The notes below the pieces were generated by a model. It made no database searches and was not told the origin of the DNA. It was given only the letters and a program-made list of their open reading frames with translations. From positions 1-45,168 of the forward strand of contig CAWEHK010000047.1 of assembly GCA_963808625.1 (NCBI GenBank): a stretch of 45,168 nt of DNA, in the 5' to 3' direction. This document shows, piece by piece, positions 11,513 through 21,628 of the stretch. The position numbers and the translations under genes were made by a program. This stretch comes from an uncultured delta proteobacterium (GTDB lineage: Bacteria; Desulfobacterota; Syntrophobacteria; Syntrophobacterales; Syntrophobacteraceae). The stretch's first letter is position 1. Each line of letters begins with the position of its first letter.

Positions 11513-12302
11513 TCATGGAGAGCAAGAAGTATTCTTTGTCTTGCGGAACCCATGTTCGAAAGCTTCATCGTAGAGTTTCGATTTCTTCAATTCTTTCCCG
11601 TCGCGTGAGCCAAACACTTCGCCGATCATGATGATGGCCTGGCTGCGAATGCCGGCAGCTTTCACTTTCGCAGCAATATCAGCGAGACTGCCGTGCACGA
11701 AACCCTGATCCGGCCACCCCACGCGATGGGCGACGATGACCGGGGTGTCATTGCCGTAAGAGGGCGCGACCTCGGCGACAACCTCTGCAATTTGCTGTAC
11801 GCTCAGGTAAATCACAAGCGTCGCGCCATGGCCGGCAAGTGAGGCTCAGCCGTTCCGCTTCAGGCACCGGGGTGCGCCCTGCGAGCCGCGTCAGGATGAC
11901 CGTCTGCGAGACTTCCGGCAGGGTCAGCTCCTGCTTCAGAGCGGCGGCCGCGGCGAAGACTGCCGATACTCCGGGCACCACCGCGTAGGGAATACCTTCC
12001 TGGTCCAGCAGTTGCATCTGTTCCTGGATCGCCCCGTAGAGGCTCGGGTCCCCCGTATGCAAACGCACCACCCGCTCTTCCAGAAGATACCCTTCGCGGA
12101 GCAGTTGATGCGTTTCCGGGAGGGCCAAAGAGGCGCTGTTGAAGACCCTGGCGCTGGCCTTTCTCCCTTCAAGGAGTGCTTCCGGAACGAGGGACCCGGT
12201 GTAGACAATCCGGTCTGCTTCCCGGACCAGCCGCCGGCCCTTGACCGTAATCAACTCGGGGTCGCCGGGACCCGCTCCCACAAAATAAATAGGATGCTTC
12301 AT
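11513..12302 (-). CDS. cbiF: Cobalt-precorrin-4 C11-methyltransferase (frameshift ~11840)
   Basis: YFVGAGPGDPELITVKG, RLHTGDPSLYGAIQEQ, ELTLPEVSQTVILTR, C-terminal SKLYD..F.HGFR. Confidence 0.95.
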
Positions 12303-13637
12303 CGTTTTGACCACACCGTCACAATAAAAATCGGGTTCAGGGCTTCGAACCGCAAGCTTTCAGAGATGGCAGCGGAACGGTTGACCTGCAATTGGGTAAT
12401 AGCGATTTCAAAGGGTTTTCCACGCCAAAATGACCTGGCTGTCTCAATTGTATCCAGGGTGACGGCCGTTTGCACCACGCGGCCCCCCGGCCGCATCCGT
12501 TCTGCTACCCGCGGCAGGAGTGCCCGAAGCTCTGCGCCACTGCCGCCGATGAAGACGCGGTCCGGATCGGGGAGTCGGTCGATCACCTCGCCGGCGCTTC
12601 CGTGGATCGCCTGAAGCTCAGGACCTCCAAGGTCTTTCACGTTCTGCTGCAAGGCTTCGAAGCGCTTCCGGTTCTTTTCGACGGCAATGACCCGTTTGAG
12701 GGGGGCGAGGCGTGCGGCTTCAATGCTCACCGAGCCGCTGCCGGCGCCCAGGTCCCACATGGTGAGGCCGGGTTTGAGCTGGAGATGAGCCAGCACCACG
12801 GCACGAACTTCCATTTTCGTGATCATTCCCGCTTCGTGTTCAAAAGCGGACTCCGGGAGCCCAAAAACCGGAAGGCTTTCACCTGCTGTCGACGTAGAGC
12901 AGGCTTTCCAGCCTGCTGTTCCGGCCTTAGCAGCAGGCTGGAAAGCCCGCTCCACATTCACGGGATCCTCGGCAGTGACTACGACAAGATTTAAAGGAGA
13001 AAAACTCCTGCTCCCGGCTTCTTCCAGCGACAGGCGCGTAATCCTTTCCGTGGGCAGGCCGAGGTCCTCGGCCACGATGAGGGTCCGTTCCGCCATTCCC
13101 GCACCGAGCAACTGCTGAGCAATCCAGCCAGGGTGATGCTGCGGGTCGGTAAAGAGGACAACCCTGGAAGACGATTCCACGACGCGCAGCCAGTCGGCAG
13201 ACGATGATGACCGCGCGCCGCCGTGAAGGCTTATTACGCTTACCTCTTCCCAGCCCTCTCCCAATTTGGCAAACAGGGCTTGAACGCTTGTGATATTCGG
13301 GAAAGCAATGACGCGCTCCCTGCCCAGGGCCCTCACCAGGCGGCGCCCGATACCGAAAAAGAAGGGGTCCCCGGAAGCCAGGACGGCGGTGCGTTTTTGT
13401 GCGGAAACTTGGTCCAGCGCGTGCAAGGAAACTCTCGAGGGTTGAGTCAAGAGGCACCTTCTCGCCCTTGAATTCCGGAAATGAGTCCAGGTGGCGCTTC
13501 CCTCCGGCGAGGACCTCGGCACGTTCGAGCCATTGCAGCACCCTGGTGCTCAGGTCGTCTCTTCCCGTGCCCAATCCGACGAGGAGCACCACGGGCGGGC
13601 GCCATTCCTTCGGGTCGGGCTTTGTGACTTCTTTCAT
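12299..13637 (-). CDS. cbiET: Bifunctional cobalt-precorrin-7 C5-methyltransferase / 6B C15-methyltransferase (frameshift ~13440)
   Basis: LAGGKRHL, VLASGDPFFFGIG, ITKMEVRAV, WDLGAGSGSVSIE, PDRVFIGGSG. Confidence 0.93.
12894..12955. repeat. GTAG/GTGG-type REP doublet inside cbiET
   Basis: 25-bp inverted repeat GTAGAGCAGGCTTTCCAGCCTGCTG / CAGCAGGCTGGAAAGCCCGCTCCAC (2 mismatches), 12-bp spacer. Confidence 0.8.
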
Positions 13638-14977
13638 CGGCCTTCCAGATCGAGCAACAGGCTTCCATCATAACCAAACAGGAGAAGTCTCACCTTCACC
13701 GGGTCCCTGAGAAGACGTGACGCCTCTCCAATAACATTTTGCGCCACTGTCCGTATCAGATCTTCGGCGTGGTTGGCAAGCAGCAAATCCAGGGCTTCTC
13801 GAGCCGTGTTGGCACCCGCAAGGCCCCGGCAAAGGCCCGGAGGGTAACCGAGTTTCCCGGCCCCTTCCGCCAACGGACCCAAATCCAGCGGGACCCTGTG
13901 AGCATGGGTGTAACGATGTCCCTGCGCCATCTTCACCGCTTTTCCGAAGAATACGCTCAGCACCACCTTCTCGAACCCTCCCCGGCAGGCTTCCTCGAGG
14001 GCGAAGGCAAAGAAATCAGCAATCTGCACAAAGGCTTCCTCCGGCCAATCTGTGAGCACTTGCCTGGCGAACCGTTCACTCTTTCCCCCGGTGCTCAGGA
14101 CGAGTCCCTTGCATCCATTCGCCGCCGCCACGGAAAGCTCAGCCTGGATGGTTTCCTTGTAAGCCTCGTGCGAGAAGGGTTTGACGAGCCCGGTGGTGCC
14201 CAGAATGGAGATCCCTCCGACGATCCCCAGGCGCGGGTTCAAGGTGTGCCGGGCCAGTTCCAATCCTCTTGGCGCCCGGATTTCAACTTCCAGCAGGGTC
14301 CTGCTGAGCAAGCCCCTGGGATGGTTCCACGGAATAAAAACATGAGGCTTGGCCGAGGCAGTATCGGGCTTTGAAAGGCAGCCCGCTCGCGACTCGTTCC
14401 AGCCCCTCTCGGAGATTTCTTCGGAGAGATTTTCCGCGAGCATCATCCTCGGCACGGGATTCACCGCCGGTTCGCCAATCGCAATAGGAAGCCCCGGCTT
14501 GGTCGCAACGCCGATGCCGTCGCCTGCAACCAGGCAGATGCCGGGCCTGGGGCTGGAGACAAAACAGCCATCACCAGGGTTCCTCTCACCTTCGCCACGG
14601 AATAGTGGGGGATCATTTTCATGCCCGGTGATGGCAGTCGCGGAAGCACCATGCGTCAGGGCAGCCCGTCCGGCCGTTGTCTCCGAAGGATTGTCGGCCG
14701 GACCTGCGACCAAGCATCTCACGCTGGCCTGGATCTCTGCTTTGTGCGTTACATCCGGATCATCTCCTCCGTCCTTGATGACACTGGCGGAGGCGCCATT
14801 TTCGGTCAACCGGTTCTCGCTGATCAGGACCGGCAGGAAGATGCCTGTTGGCAGGCGTACCGCCACACAGCGTTGCGCTTCACCGGTAAGCAGATGGTGC
14901 AACGCCGCTCGGGCGGCAGCCGTCGCCGCAGTCCCGGTGCTGAAACCGATCCGGAGTCTATCCTTAACCTTGGTCAT
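13634..14977 (-). CDS. cbiD: Cobalt-precorrin-5B C1-methyltransferase
   Basis: LRIGFSTGTAA, KDGGDDPDVTH, AVNPVPR, TLNPRLGIVGGISILGTTG, GKAVKMAQG..TH. Confidence 0.96.
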   Translation of the reverse strand: MTKVKDRLRIGFSTGTAATAAARAALHHLLTGEAQRCVAVRLPTGIFLPVLISENRLTENGASASVIKDGGDDPDVTHKAEIQASVRCLVAGPADNPSETTAGRAALTHGASATAITGHENDPPLFRGEGERNPGDGCFVSSPRPGICLVAGDGIGVATKPGLPIAIGEPAVNPVPRMMLAENLSEEISERGWNESRAGCLSKPDTASAKPHVFIPWNHPRGLLSRTLLEVEIRAPRGLELARHTLNPRLGIVGGISILGTTGLVKPFSHEAYKETIQAELSVAAANGCKGLVLSTGGKSERFARQVLTDWPEEAFVQIADFFAFALEEACRGGFEKVVLSVFFGKAVKMAQGHRYTHAHRVPLDLGPLAEGAGKLGYPPGLCRGLAGANTAREALDLLLANHAEDLIRTVAQNVIGEASRLLRDPVKVRLLLFGYDGSLLLDLEGR

Positions 14978-15029
14978 GAACAGCCCCTGGGACCCTTTTC
15001 TCGGTCAAACGGTTGCCGCCCGTCTCATC

Positions 15030-16502
15030 TTACAATCCTGTGAACGCCTTAAGTGCAACGTTTTCCTGATAGTTTGAGGCGCCCAGATCACCCCATGTTT
15101 TGCCGCCGTCGCAAGACATGAAGCTTTGGAGTGCGGATGCGGTGGCTCCGGATGAATAACCGTCAATCCTTGCTTCCGCTGGCAGCACGTAGTTGGCATA
15201 TAATCCTGACCACGAAGGAGCATACTTCAACACCACGGCGAATCTTTTGCCCTTGGTTAAAGGGATTGCCGCGGGGAGTTTGACGGTATGATAGCCGACA
15301 TTGGGAAAAGTGATCACTTTATTAACCTTGCGGGTACCGCTTGTCGGGTTAGCCGCCGTCACGTTGACATGTACGGCATACCTCACGGACTGGTTGGGAT
15401 GTGCCGTGTAAAAGCTGATGGCCTTCAGCTTTTCATCGGCCTTGGCGGTGAAGATATTGGCGCCCCAGATCGCATTGCCGTAGTTGCAAGCCCACGTATC
15501 TTCCCAGCCGAGCGGATCATACTGGTAGATGCGCTTATAATTAGTGGTTGCCTCAGCATTGTGGAAAGCCCAATTCTGGGTGCCGAACAGGGCGTCAAAG
15601 TATGAAACCCAGAAATAGCCGTCTTTTCCCCAACTCGTTCCCCAGCTATTTTTGACGAGAAAAGCACCATTTTCCGGTGGTGGGTTCGTGAAATTAGTGT
15701 TGGGGTAATCGTTGTCCCAGCCGATAATGGCCACCGTATGGTTGGACGGGGTCCCCAGGCTTCCGTCGTAATAGTACGCCGCATTGGCGGCATTGTAGAA
15801 GCTGTTGTCCATATAGAAAGACGAACTGATCGCACCGCCGTTGCTAGCAGTGAGGAACTCCTTGATCTTATCCATCTCAAAGTTGAAATACTCGGCATTT
15901 TGAACATGATATTGGACCGGTTTGGAGGCCCCGCAGTTGGCCCACCCGGGACTGTAATTATAGGGACAGTCGCTTTCCTTCACCGGACCAGCCCACCTTG
16001 TCAGGTATGCTATGGTGATCAGTTCAAACCCGCCGTCGCATGGTCCCCAGTCAAAGCCATGATTAAATACCAGGTGTTTCTCAGAAAGGTTCGGCGGCGT
16101 CGACTTGGGCATCAGGCCGGACTCAGAAGAAGCGTAGCTGCCGAAAGCCCAGCAAGATCCGCACGCCATCTGGTCCCTGACGGGGGTCACCTGATTGGTC
16201 GTGCGCAGATCGAAGGATGCAGGATAGCTGGCCGCACTGGCTTTCTTTAGCGCAAACAAGGCATCGACGGGGTCCTTTTCCTTGCTCGCAAGCCATGGTT
16301 GCAGAGGCGGAATATAGCCGAGAGAATGGCCCTCAGGAGTCGCCGCCTTGCGCAGGCCCAACTCTTTCTCAAAAAGAAACTGCTGAAATTCGGGGTTAAT
16401 GGGGGCTTTGACGATTGGCAGTTCGGCCAAAGCACCTGCAGGGGTAAAAGCCAAGAGCAGAGTAACGACGATAAGACCGATTATTTTCCTGTTCCATCTC
16501 AT
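15030..16502 (-). CDS. Secreted papain-like C1A cysteine peptidase with C-terminal lectin-like domain
   Basis: Signal peptide; FDLR, VRDQ..CGSCWAF, NHTVAIIGWD, KNSWG; C-terminal YQYD..G...GANIF...ALKAFT. Confidence 0.92.
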   Translation of the reverse strand: MRWNRKIIGLIVVTLLLAFTPAGALAELPIVKAPINPEFQQFLFEKELGLRKAATPEGHSLGYIPPLQPWLASKEKDPVDALFALKKASAASYPASFDLRTTNQVTPVRDQMACGSCWAFGSYASSESGLMPKSTPPNLSEKHLVFNHGFDWGPCDGGFELITIAYLTRWAGPVKESDCPYNYSPGWANCGASKPVQYHVQNAEYFNFEMDKIKEFLTASNGGAISSSFYMDNSFYNAANAAYYYDGSLGTPSNHTVAIIGWDNDYPNTNFTNPPPENGAFLVKNSWGTSWGKDGYFWVSYFDALFGTQNWAFHNAEATTNYKRIYQYDPLGWEDTWACNYGNAIWGANIFTAKADEKLKAISFYTAHPNQSVRYAVHVNVTAANPTSGTRKVNKVITFPNVGYHTVKLPAAIPLTKGKRFAVVLKYAPSWSGLYANYVLPAEARIDGYSSGATASALQSFMSCDGGKTWGDLGASNYQENVALKAFTGL

Positions 16503-17052
16503 GATGATTCCTCCTCATAGACCAAGAACTATAGCCTGGTTTGATTGCCACCCTGGGACATCCACTTATGGCCTCTTTGCTCTCATCTCCTCTCTTCTTG
16601 AACTTTCGGCTGCGCCTGAGCGGCCGGCATTCCGGTCCCGCGCATCCGTCCGAACAGAAACATGCAAAGTCACTCAGCCCTCCTTTCCTGCCATTTGAAG
16701 AGGCAGTACCAATGGAAGAGACGAGTACGATTTCCCGCACCACGAAGGGAGCGCACATTCTCGCAGCACTTTCCCGCAACCGCAGGCACTCAGTTCGCTT
16801 ATGTGTTTATACTGCGCCGCATCGGCAGTTCGACGAAAAAGAATAAACCCTCTCCGGGAGCTTGATGTGAAACATTTGGGAATTACCTTAACAATCCACA
16901 TTTAATATTCTATACCAAACCAGGTCAAGAGGGAACTCAAGAGAACGAACTCTCCGGAATATTTAAGGTGCGTAAGCCAGTGAGGCGCTTCGTTCGCTGA
17001 AGTGAGAACCGCTGGAGGATGGCTGTGCTTTGTACCCTTCCCGTACGAATCC

Positions 17053-17946
17053 TCAGGGATATAGTTCTCGAGCCAGCTGTTCCACCGCTTCCACGCACCG
17101 CGGGCCCGGCCGCGAAAAGAGATATTCGTCAACAAAGATTACCTTTCCTTTGCGTACGGCCCGGAGTTGATCGAAATGAGGCCGTTTCGCGGGAGGGGTT
17201 GGATTGTGGCTCATGGGGCCGCGCTGCACAATATATACGTCGGGGTCAGCCACGAGGAGGGCTTCGAAATTATACTGCAAAAGCGCCTTTTCGCTCTTGA
17301 TCACATTTTGCGCACCCGCCGCAGCAAGAATCTCCTGCACGACGGACCCTCTGCCGGCAGCAGTGAGCGGTTCGGGCCGTACTTCAAAAAATACCCGGAG
17401 GCGTTCCCTGACATGCTGCAAGCGGTCCTTCACTTCGGCCAGCCGCTTCCGCAATTGTGCCACCGCTTCCCGCCCCTGTTCCACCCTGCCGACAAGGATT
17501 GCCAGACGGTCCATGGTTGAGAAAATCTCTTCGAAGGTGTTGGGGGAGAAGACGGCCACCGGAATGCCCGCATCCCGCAGCCGCGTCATGTCCGCTGCAG
17601 CTTCCCACCGGCTGGCGCTCTGCACGACGAGGTCAGGCTTGAGGCCAATGATCATTTCCACGTTAGGACGCATATGGGTCCCCACCGAGGGCAGGTTCAC
17701 GATTTCGGGAGGGAACTGGTCCGCCTGCGTACGCGCCAGAACTTCCTTCCCGGCGCCAAGGGCAAACAACATTTCCGCAAAAGCACCGTAAAGCGGGATG
17801 ATGCGCCTGGCCGGTCCCTGGAGCGAAATCTCACGGCCCAGATCGTCCGTAATCTGCGCGGAAAAAGCTGCTCGCGGCAGAATTATCGCTAGAACCAGAA
17901 GAAACCAAAAGGCTGCGAACGGCCTTCTAACCAAATCGTGAAGCAT
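17053..17946 (-). CDS. ABC transporter substrate-binding protein (BtuF/FhuD-like)
   Basis: TDDLGREI, RPNVEMIIGLKPDLV, FSRPGPR; next to permease and ATPase in the riboswitch-led cluster. Confidence 0.88.
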   Translation of the reverse strand: MLHDLVRRPFAAFWFLLVLAIILPRAAFSAQITDDLGREISLQGPARRIIPLYGAFAEMLFALGAGKEVLARTQADQFPPEIVNLPSVGTHMRPNVEMIIGLKPDLVVQSASRWEAAADMTRLRDAGIPVAVFSPNTFEEIFSTMDRLAILVGRVEQGREAVAQLRKRLAEVKDRLQHVRERLRVFFEVRPEPLTAAGRGSVVQEILAAAGAQNVIKSEKALLQYNFEALLVADPDVYIVQRGPMSHNPTPPAKRPHFDQLRAVRKGKVIFVDEYLFSRPGPRCVEAVEQLARELYP

Positions 17947-18021
17947 GGGTTTCCGCTCTAAAAATAGGTTTTCGCCTTCCCCGTTCCTTGTGTGACATTC
18001 GATATTCGACTTTCGATACTC

Positions 18022-18179
18022 AGTACAGCGCTACAGAATAAAGTATCCATCACCCACGGTCGTCATTCCCGCGTGCTTCTGGCGGGAATCCAGGCTCTGC
18101 AAATTTTCTGGATTCCCGCTAAGAGCATGCGGGAATGACGTCCTGAGAATAAGTAGACTCTATTCTGCGGTGCTGTGCT
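18022..18179. mobile_element. Complete MITE-like element with ~23-bp terminal inverted repeats and an internal REP-like doublet
   Basis: AGTACAGCGCTACAGAATAAAGT ... ACTCTATTCTGCGGTGCTGTGCT; internal CGTCATTCCCGCG..GCGGGAATCCAG / CTGGATTCCCGC..GCGGGAATGACG. Confidence 0.75.
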
Positions 18180-18243
18180 CAATACTCAATACTCGGTACG
18201 CGACTAAATCGTCACCGCTGCTCCCGGACGGTTTTGAAAAAAA

Positions 18244-19053
18244 TCAGGGCATGAAAACCACCTGACGCTTGTCGGTGTTGGGCACTTGCTGGATTATCAC
18301 CCGGGTTTGGTAAACTTCCTCGAGGATTTCCGGAAGCAGGACGGAGCTCACCGTGCCGTCAGCCACCACCCGCCCTTCCTTGAGAAAGATCAGCCGCCGG
18401 CAGAAGAGAGCGGCCAGGTTGACGTCGTGCAAAACGGCAAGGACCGTCAATCCGTTCTCCGCGTGCAACTGCTCGAGGACTTTAAAAACCTGCAGTTTGC
18501 GATGGATGTCCATGGCGGAAGTGGCCTCGTCAAGGAGCAGGACCGTCCCCTCCTGAGCCAGCGTCTTGGCCATGATGACCCGCTGTTTCTCGCCTCCGCT
18601 CACCGCTGTGATCAGGCGCTCGGCAAGCATTTCCGTGTCGGTGAGGAGCATCGCCTGCCTCACCGCTTCGGCATCCTCGATGCTGTCCAACTGCCAGCGC
18701 TTTTGATGGGGATAGCGCCCCATCCGGACCACCTCTTCACAGGTAAAGGGGAAGCGTACTTCCGGGTCCTGCGTCACCACCGCCATGTGCCGTGCTCGCT
18801 CCTTGTGTTTGAGGCGCCCGGAAGGCAATCCCAGGAGCTCCATGTCCCCGCCGCGGATCGGCAGAATCCCGCTCAGGGCGAGGAGCAGCGTCGTCTTCCC
18901 CGACCCATTGGGTCCCAGAATTCCCAGGAATTCCCCTTTTTGGACGGCGAAGGAGACCCCCTGCAGCACGTTGTGGCCGGGGTAGCCACACCAAAGGTCT
19001 TGCACCCGAATCACAGTTGCAGGTATTTCTTTCGATGAAGCAGCAGATAGCAA
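18244..19053 (-). CDS. ABC transporter ATP-binding protein (BtuD/FecE-like)
   Basis: GPNGSGKT, SGGEKQR, LLLDE, VLHDVNLA. Confidence 0.93.
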   Translation of the reverse strand: MLSAASSKEIPATVIRVQDLWCGYPGHNVLQGVSFAVQKGEFLGILGPNGSGKTTLLLALSGILPIRGGDMELLGLPSGRLKHKERARHMAVVTQDPEVRFPFTCEEVVRMGRYPHQKRWQLDSIEDAEAVRQAMLLTDTEMLAERLITAVSGGEKQRVIMAKTLAQEGTVLLLDEATSAMDIHRKLQVFKVLEQLHAENGLTVLAVLHDVNLAALFCRRLIFLKEGRVVADGTVSSVLLPEILEEVYQTRVIIQQVPNTDKRQVVFMP

Positions 19054-20024
19054 AAGAAAGGCCCTCCGAGAATGGCGGTTACCACCCCCACCGGGAGCTC
19101 TTCTCCCGTGGTGAGAAGGCTTCGGGCGATGGTATCGGAGATGAGCACCAACAGTCCCCCCAGCAGGAGCACGGCGGGGAGCAGCCGACGGTGCCGGGGT
19201 CCGATTGCCAGGCGTACCAGGTGCGGAACGACCAGCCCCACAAAACCAATAACGCCGCTCACCGCAACCGCGGCTGCGGTGATCAGAGATGACGCCAGGA
19301 GCAGGAAGAAACGCATGCGCTGCACGTCGACTCCAAGGTGCTGAGCCTGGATGTCGCCGAGGCTGAGCAAGTCCAGTTCCCGCACATACCAGAAGATCAC
19401 CCCTCCGCCCAAAACCAGATAGGGCAAGACCAGGAGCACATGGGTCCAGCTCTTGCCCGAGAGGCTTCCCATAATCCAGAAGACAATCGTCGAGACGGAA
19501 TCTTCATTGAGGCTCTTAATCAGGCTGATGCAGGCGGAAAGAAAGGTGGAAACAATGATGCCGGCGAGGACCAGAGTCGTAACATGGATGCGGCCATCCA
19601 TGCGCCCCAGGACGTAGACCAGGTACAGGGCCATCAGCGCTCCGGCAAACGCAGCCACCGGCAGCGCACTGATCCCCAGGAGGTGAATGCCGCCGGCCCC
19701 CGCAATGATCGCCAGAGAGGCCCCAAAAGCCGCGCCGGTCGAGACGCCCAGGGTAAAGGGATCGGCCAGGGGGTTGAGGAGCACCCCTTGATAGACGGCC
19801 CCGGCGAGGGCCAGGGCGCCGCCCACGGCCAGGGAGAGGACAATCCTTGCCAGGCGCACGTGGATAACGATGTAGCGCATGGTGTCATCGATGCCGGCGG
19901 CCCAGGCAGGATGGAAGGGCGATAACCAGAGCCTCAGGACCGTTTGGTAAGAGACGTCAAGAGGCCCGATTCCGGAGGTGAAAAAAGCGGCCAAGACAAT
20001 CAGCAGGAGCAGTCCGAACCACAT
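19011..20024 (-). CDS. ABC transporter permease (FecCD/BtuC family)
   Basis: RLARI, NPLADPFTLGVSTGA, SGVIGFVGLVVPH, ELPVGVVTA; start placed at ATG 20024. Confidence 0.93.
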   Translation of the reverse strand: MWFGLLLLIVLAAFFTSGIGPLDVSYQTVLRLWLSPFHPAWAAGIDDTMRYIVIHVRLARIVLSLAVGGALALAGAVYQGVLLNPLADPFTLGVSTGAAFGASLAIIAGAGGIHLLGISALPVAAFAGALMALYLVYVLGRMDGRIHVTTLVLAGIIVSTFLSACISLIKSLNEDSVSTIVFWIMGSLSGKSWTHVLLVLPYLVLGGGVIFWYVRELDLLSLGDIQAQHLGVDVQRMRFFLLLASSLITAAAVAVSGVIGFVGLVVPHLVRLAIGPRHRRLLPAVLLLGGLLVLISDTIARSLLTTGEELPVGVVTAILGGPFFCYLLLHRKKYLQL

Positions 20025-20026
20025 TG

Positions 20027-20767
20027 TCAGACCTCTGCCTCTCCCTCCTTCGCTTCGAGGCCGCGCTTCTTGACAATCATCAGGGAAAGATAGTGGGGCT
20101 GGTTGAACTGGGACAGCCGTGCAAAGTCCCGCTCGATGATTTCGCCCTCCAAACCGCAGCGGCTGATGAAACAGCAGTTGTCTTTGAGCCCGCTTTCCTC
20201 GATCTGCTCCAGAATTTGAGGAAAGTGTTTGTAGGTCTTCATCAGGACGACGTTGTCCGAGACCTGGATCACTTCTTTCAGCCGCCCGGCCCCCTTGGCC
20301 CCCGAGACGATCGTCATCACCTCTTCCCCTTCGGCAAGGGGTAAGGTGGCGCAAGCCGCTGCCGCCTGAAAAGCGGTGATCCCGGGAATGACGGTGATCG
20401 TGGCCTCCGGCAGCCGTTTCCGGACCTTTCGCATGAGATAGATAAAGGTGCTGAAGGTCAGGGGATCGCCGAGCGTCAGAAAGGCTGCATGTTTTCCCTG
20501 TTTGAGGACCCCGATCACCTGTTCGCAGTTGGTCAGCCATGCATCTTCCAGGTGGTCGGGATCGAAGGTCATGGGAAAGGCGAGCTGGTCGAGGGGGGTA
20601 TTGGGAGGCAGATGTTCGCGCACAATGTCGTGGGCGAGGCTGTAGTCATTCTTCGTTGACGCTGCCGCAAAAACATGTTCCACGCGCTTTAAGGCCGTCA
20701 CCGCCTTGAGTGTAAGCAGTTCCGGATCGCCGGGTCCGACACCGATCCCATATAACGTGCCAAGCAT
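20027..20767 (-). CDS. cbiL: Cobalt-precorrin-2 C20-methyltransferase
   Basis: GTLYGIGVGPGDPELLTLKA, FPMT, FLTLGDP..FSTF, IPGIT, VVLMK. Confidence 0.95.
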   Translation of the reverse strand: MLGTLYGIGVGPGDPELLTLKAVTALKRVEHVFAAASTKNDYSLAHDIVREHLPPNTPLDQLAFPMTFDPDHLEDAWLTNCEQVIGVLKQGKHAAFLTLGDPLTFSTFIYLMRKVRKRLPEATITVIPGITAFQAAAACATLPLAEGEEVMTIVSGAKGAGRLKEVIQVSDNVVLMKTYKHFPQILEQIEESGLKDNCCFISRCGLEGEIIERDFARLSQFNQPHYLSLMIVKKRGLEAKEGEAEV

Positions 20768-20778
20768 ATCATTTCACC

Positions 20779-21453
20779 TTAATCTGTTTGTGTTCTGGCG
20801 AGCTCCAGGAGGGCGTGCACCATCGCCACCGCCACCGAGCTCCCGCCCTTGCGACCCAAAACGACGATCGCGGGTTGCTCCTTCAACTCCCAGAGTGCGT
20901 CCTTTGATTCCGCCGCCTGCACGAATCCCACCGGCACGCCGAGAATCAATGCGGGTCGCACGCGTTCCTCACGAATGATGCGCAGGAGCTCAATGAGCGC
21001 CGTCGGGGAGTTGCCGATGACCACCACTCCCCCGTCCAACTGCTGGGCGCAGCGCCGAAAAGCCGCGACCGCCCGCGTTGTCCCCATGGCTTCCGCCCAC
21101 CGCTGACTTTCGGGCTCCGCCGAAGGCGTTACCACAGCGTTTCCAAACCACTGCAAACGCCATGGCGACAGACCGGTATGGATCATGCGGGTATCCGTAA
21201 AAATGGTGGCGCCCTGCCGCAGGGCCTTTAAACCCGAGGGAATCGCCTGCGGGTGAAAGCGCATGAGGTTGGCATAGTCAAAATCGCCCGTCGTGTGAAT
21301 GACTCGACGGACGACCTGCCACTGGTCCTGAGAAAACGGGTGGTCCCCGATCTCTGCGTCAATGATCCCGAAGCTTTTTTCCTCGATCTCACGCCCGGCA
21401 TGCACCAGACCCGGGCGGTCCATGTTCTCACTGCCTTGAGGATTAATGGTCAT
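20779..21453 (-). CDS. cbiC: Cobalt-precorrin-8 methylmutase
   Basis: IEEKSF.II, RRVIHTTGD, IGNSPTAL, PVGFV.AAESK, GRKGGS. Confidence 0.95.
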   Translation of the reverse strand: MTINPQGSENMDRPGLVHAGREIEEKSFGIIDAEIGDHPFSQDQWQVVRRVIHTTGDFDYANLMRFHPQAIPSGLKALRQGATIFTDTRMIHTGLSPWRLQWFGNAVVTPSAEPESQRWAEAMGTTRAVAAFRRCAQQLDGGVVVIGNSPTALIELLRIIREERVRPALILGVPVGFVQAAESKDALWELKEQPAIVVLGRKGGSSVAVAMVHALLELARTQTD

Positions 21454-21628
21454 GAACTCCGTCTCTCAGGTTTCTACCTTTGTTCCGCTGCCGGCAAAAA
21501 AAAAGTCCTTGAGTCCCACCATATCGGGACCGCAAGGACTGCACCCAGCTCACTTGATCCTTTCTCGTCAGGGAAATCCCTCGTTCCCCGGAATAAAAAG
21601 ACTATTCCTCCATTGAGAAACCCTGAAG

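Noticed and set aside
20025..20540. N-terminal 172-aa extension of the permease ORF
   Set aside because: Overlaps cbiL in another frame; the permease plausibly starts at ATG 20024.
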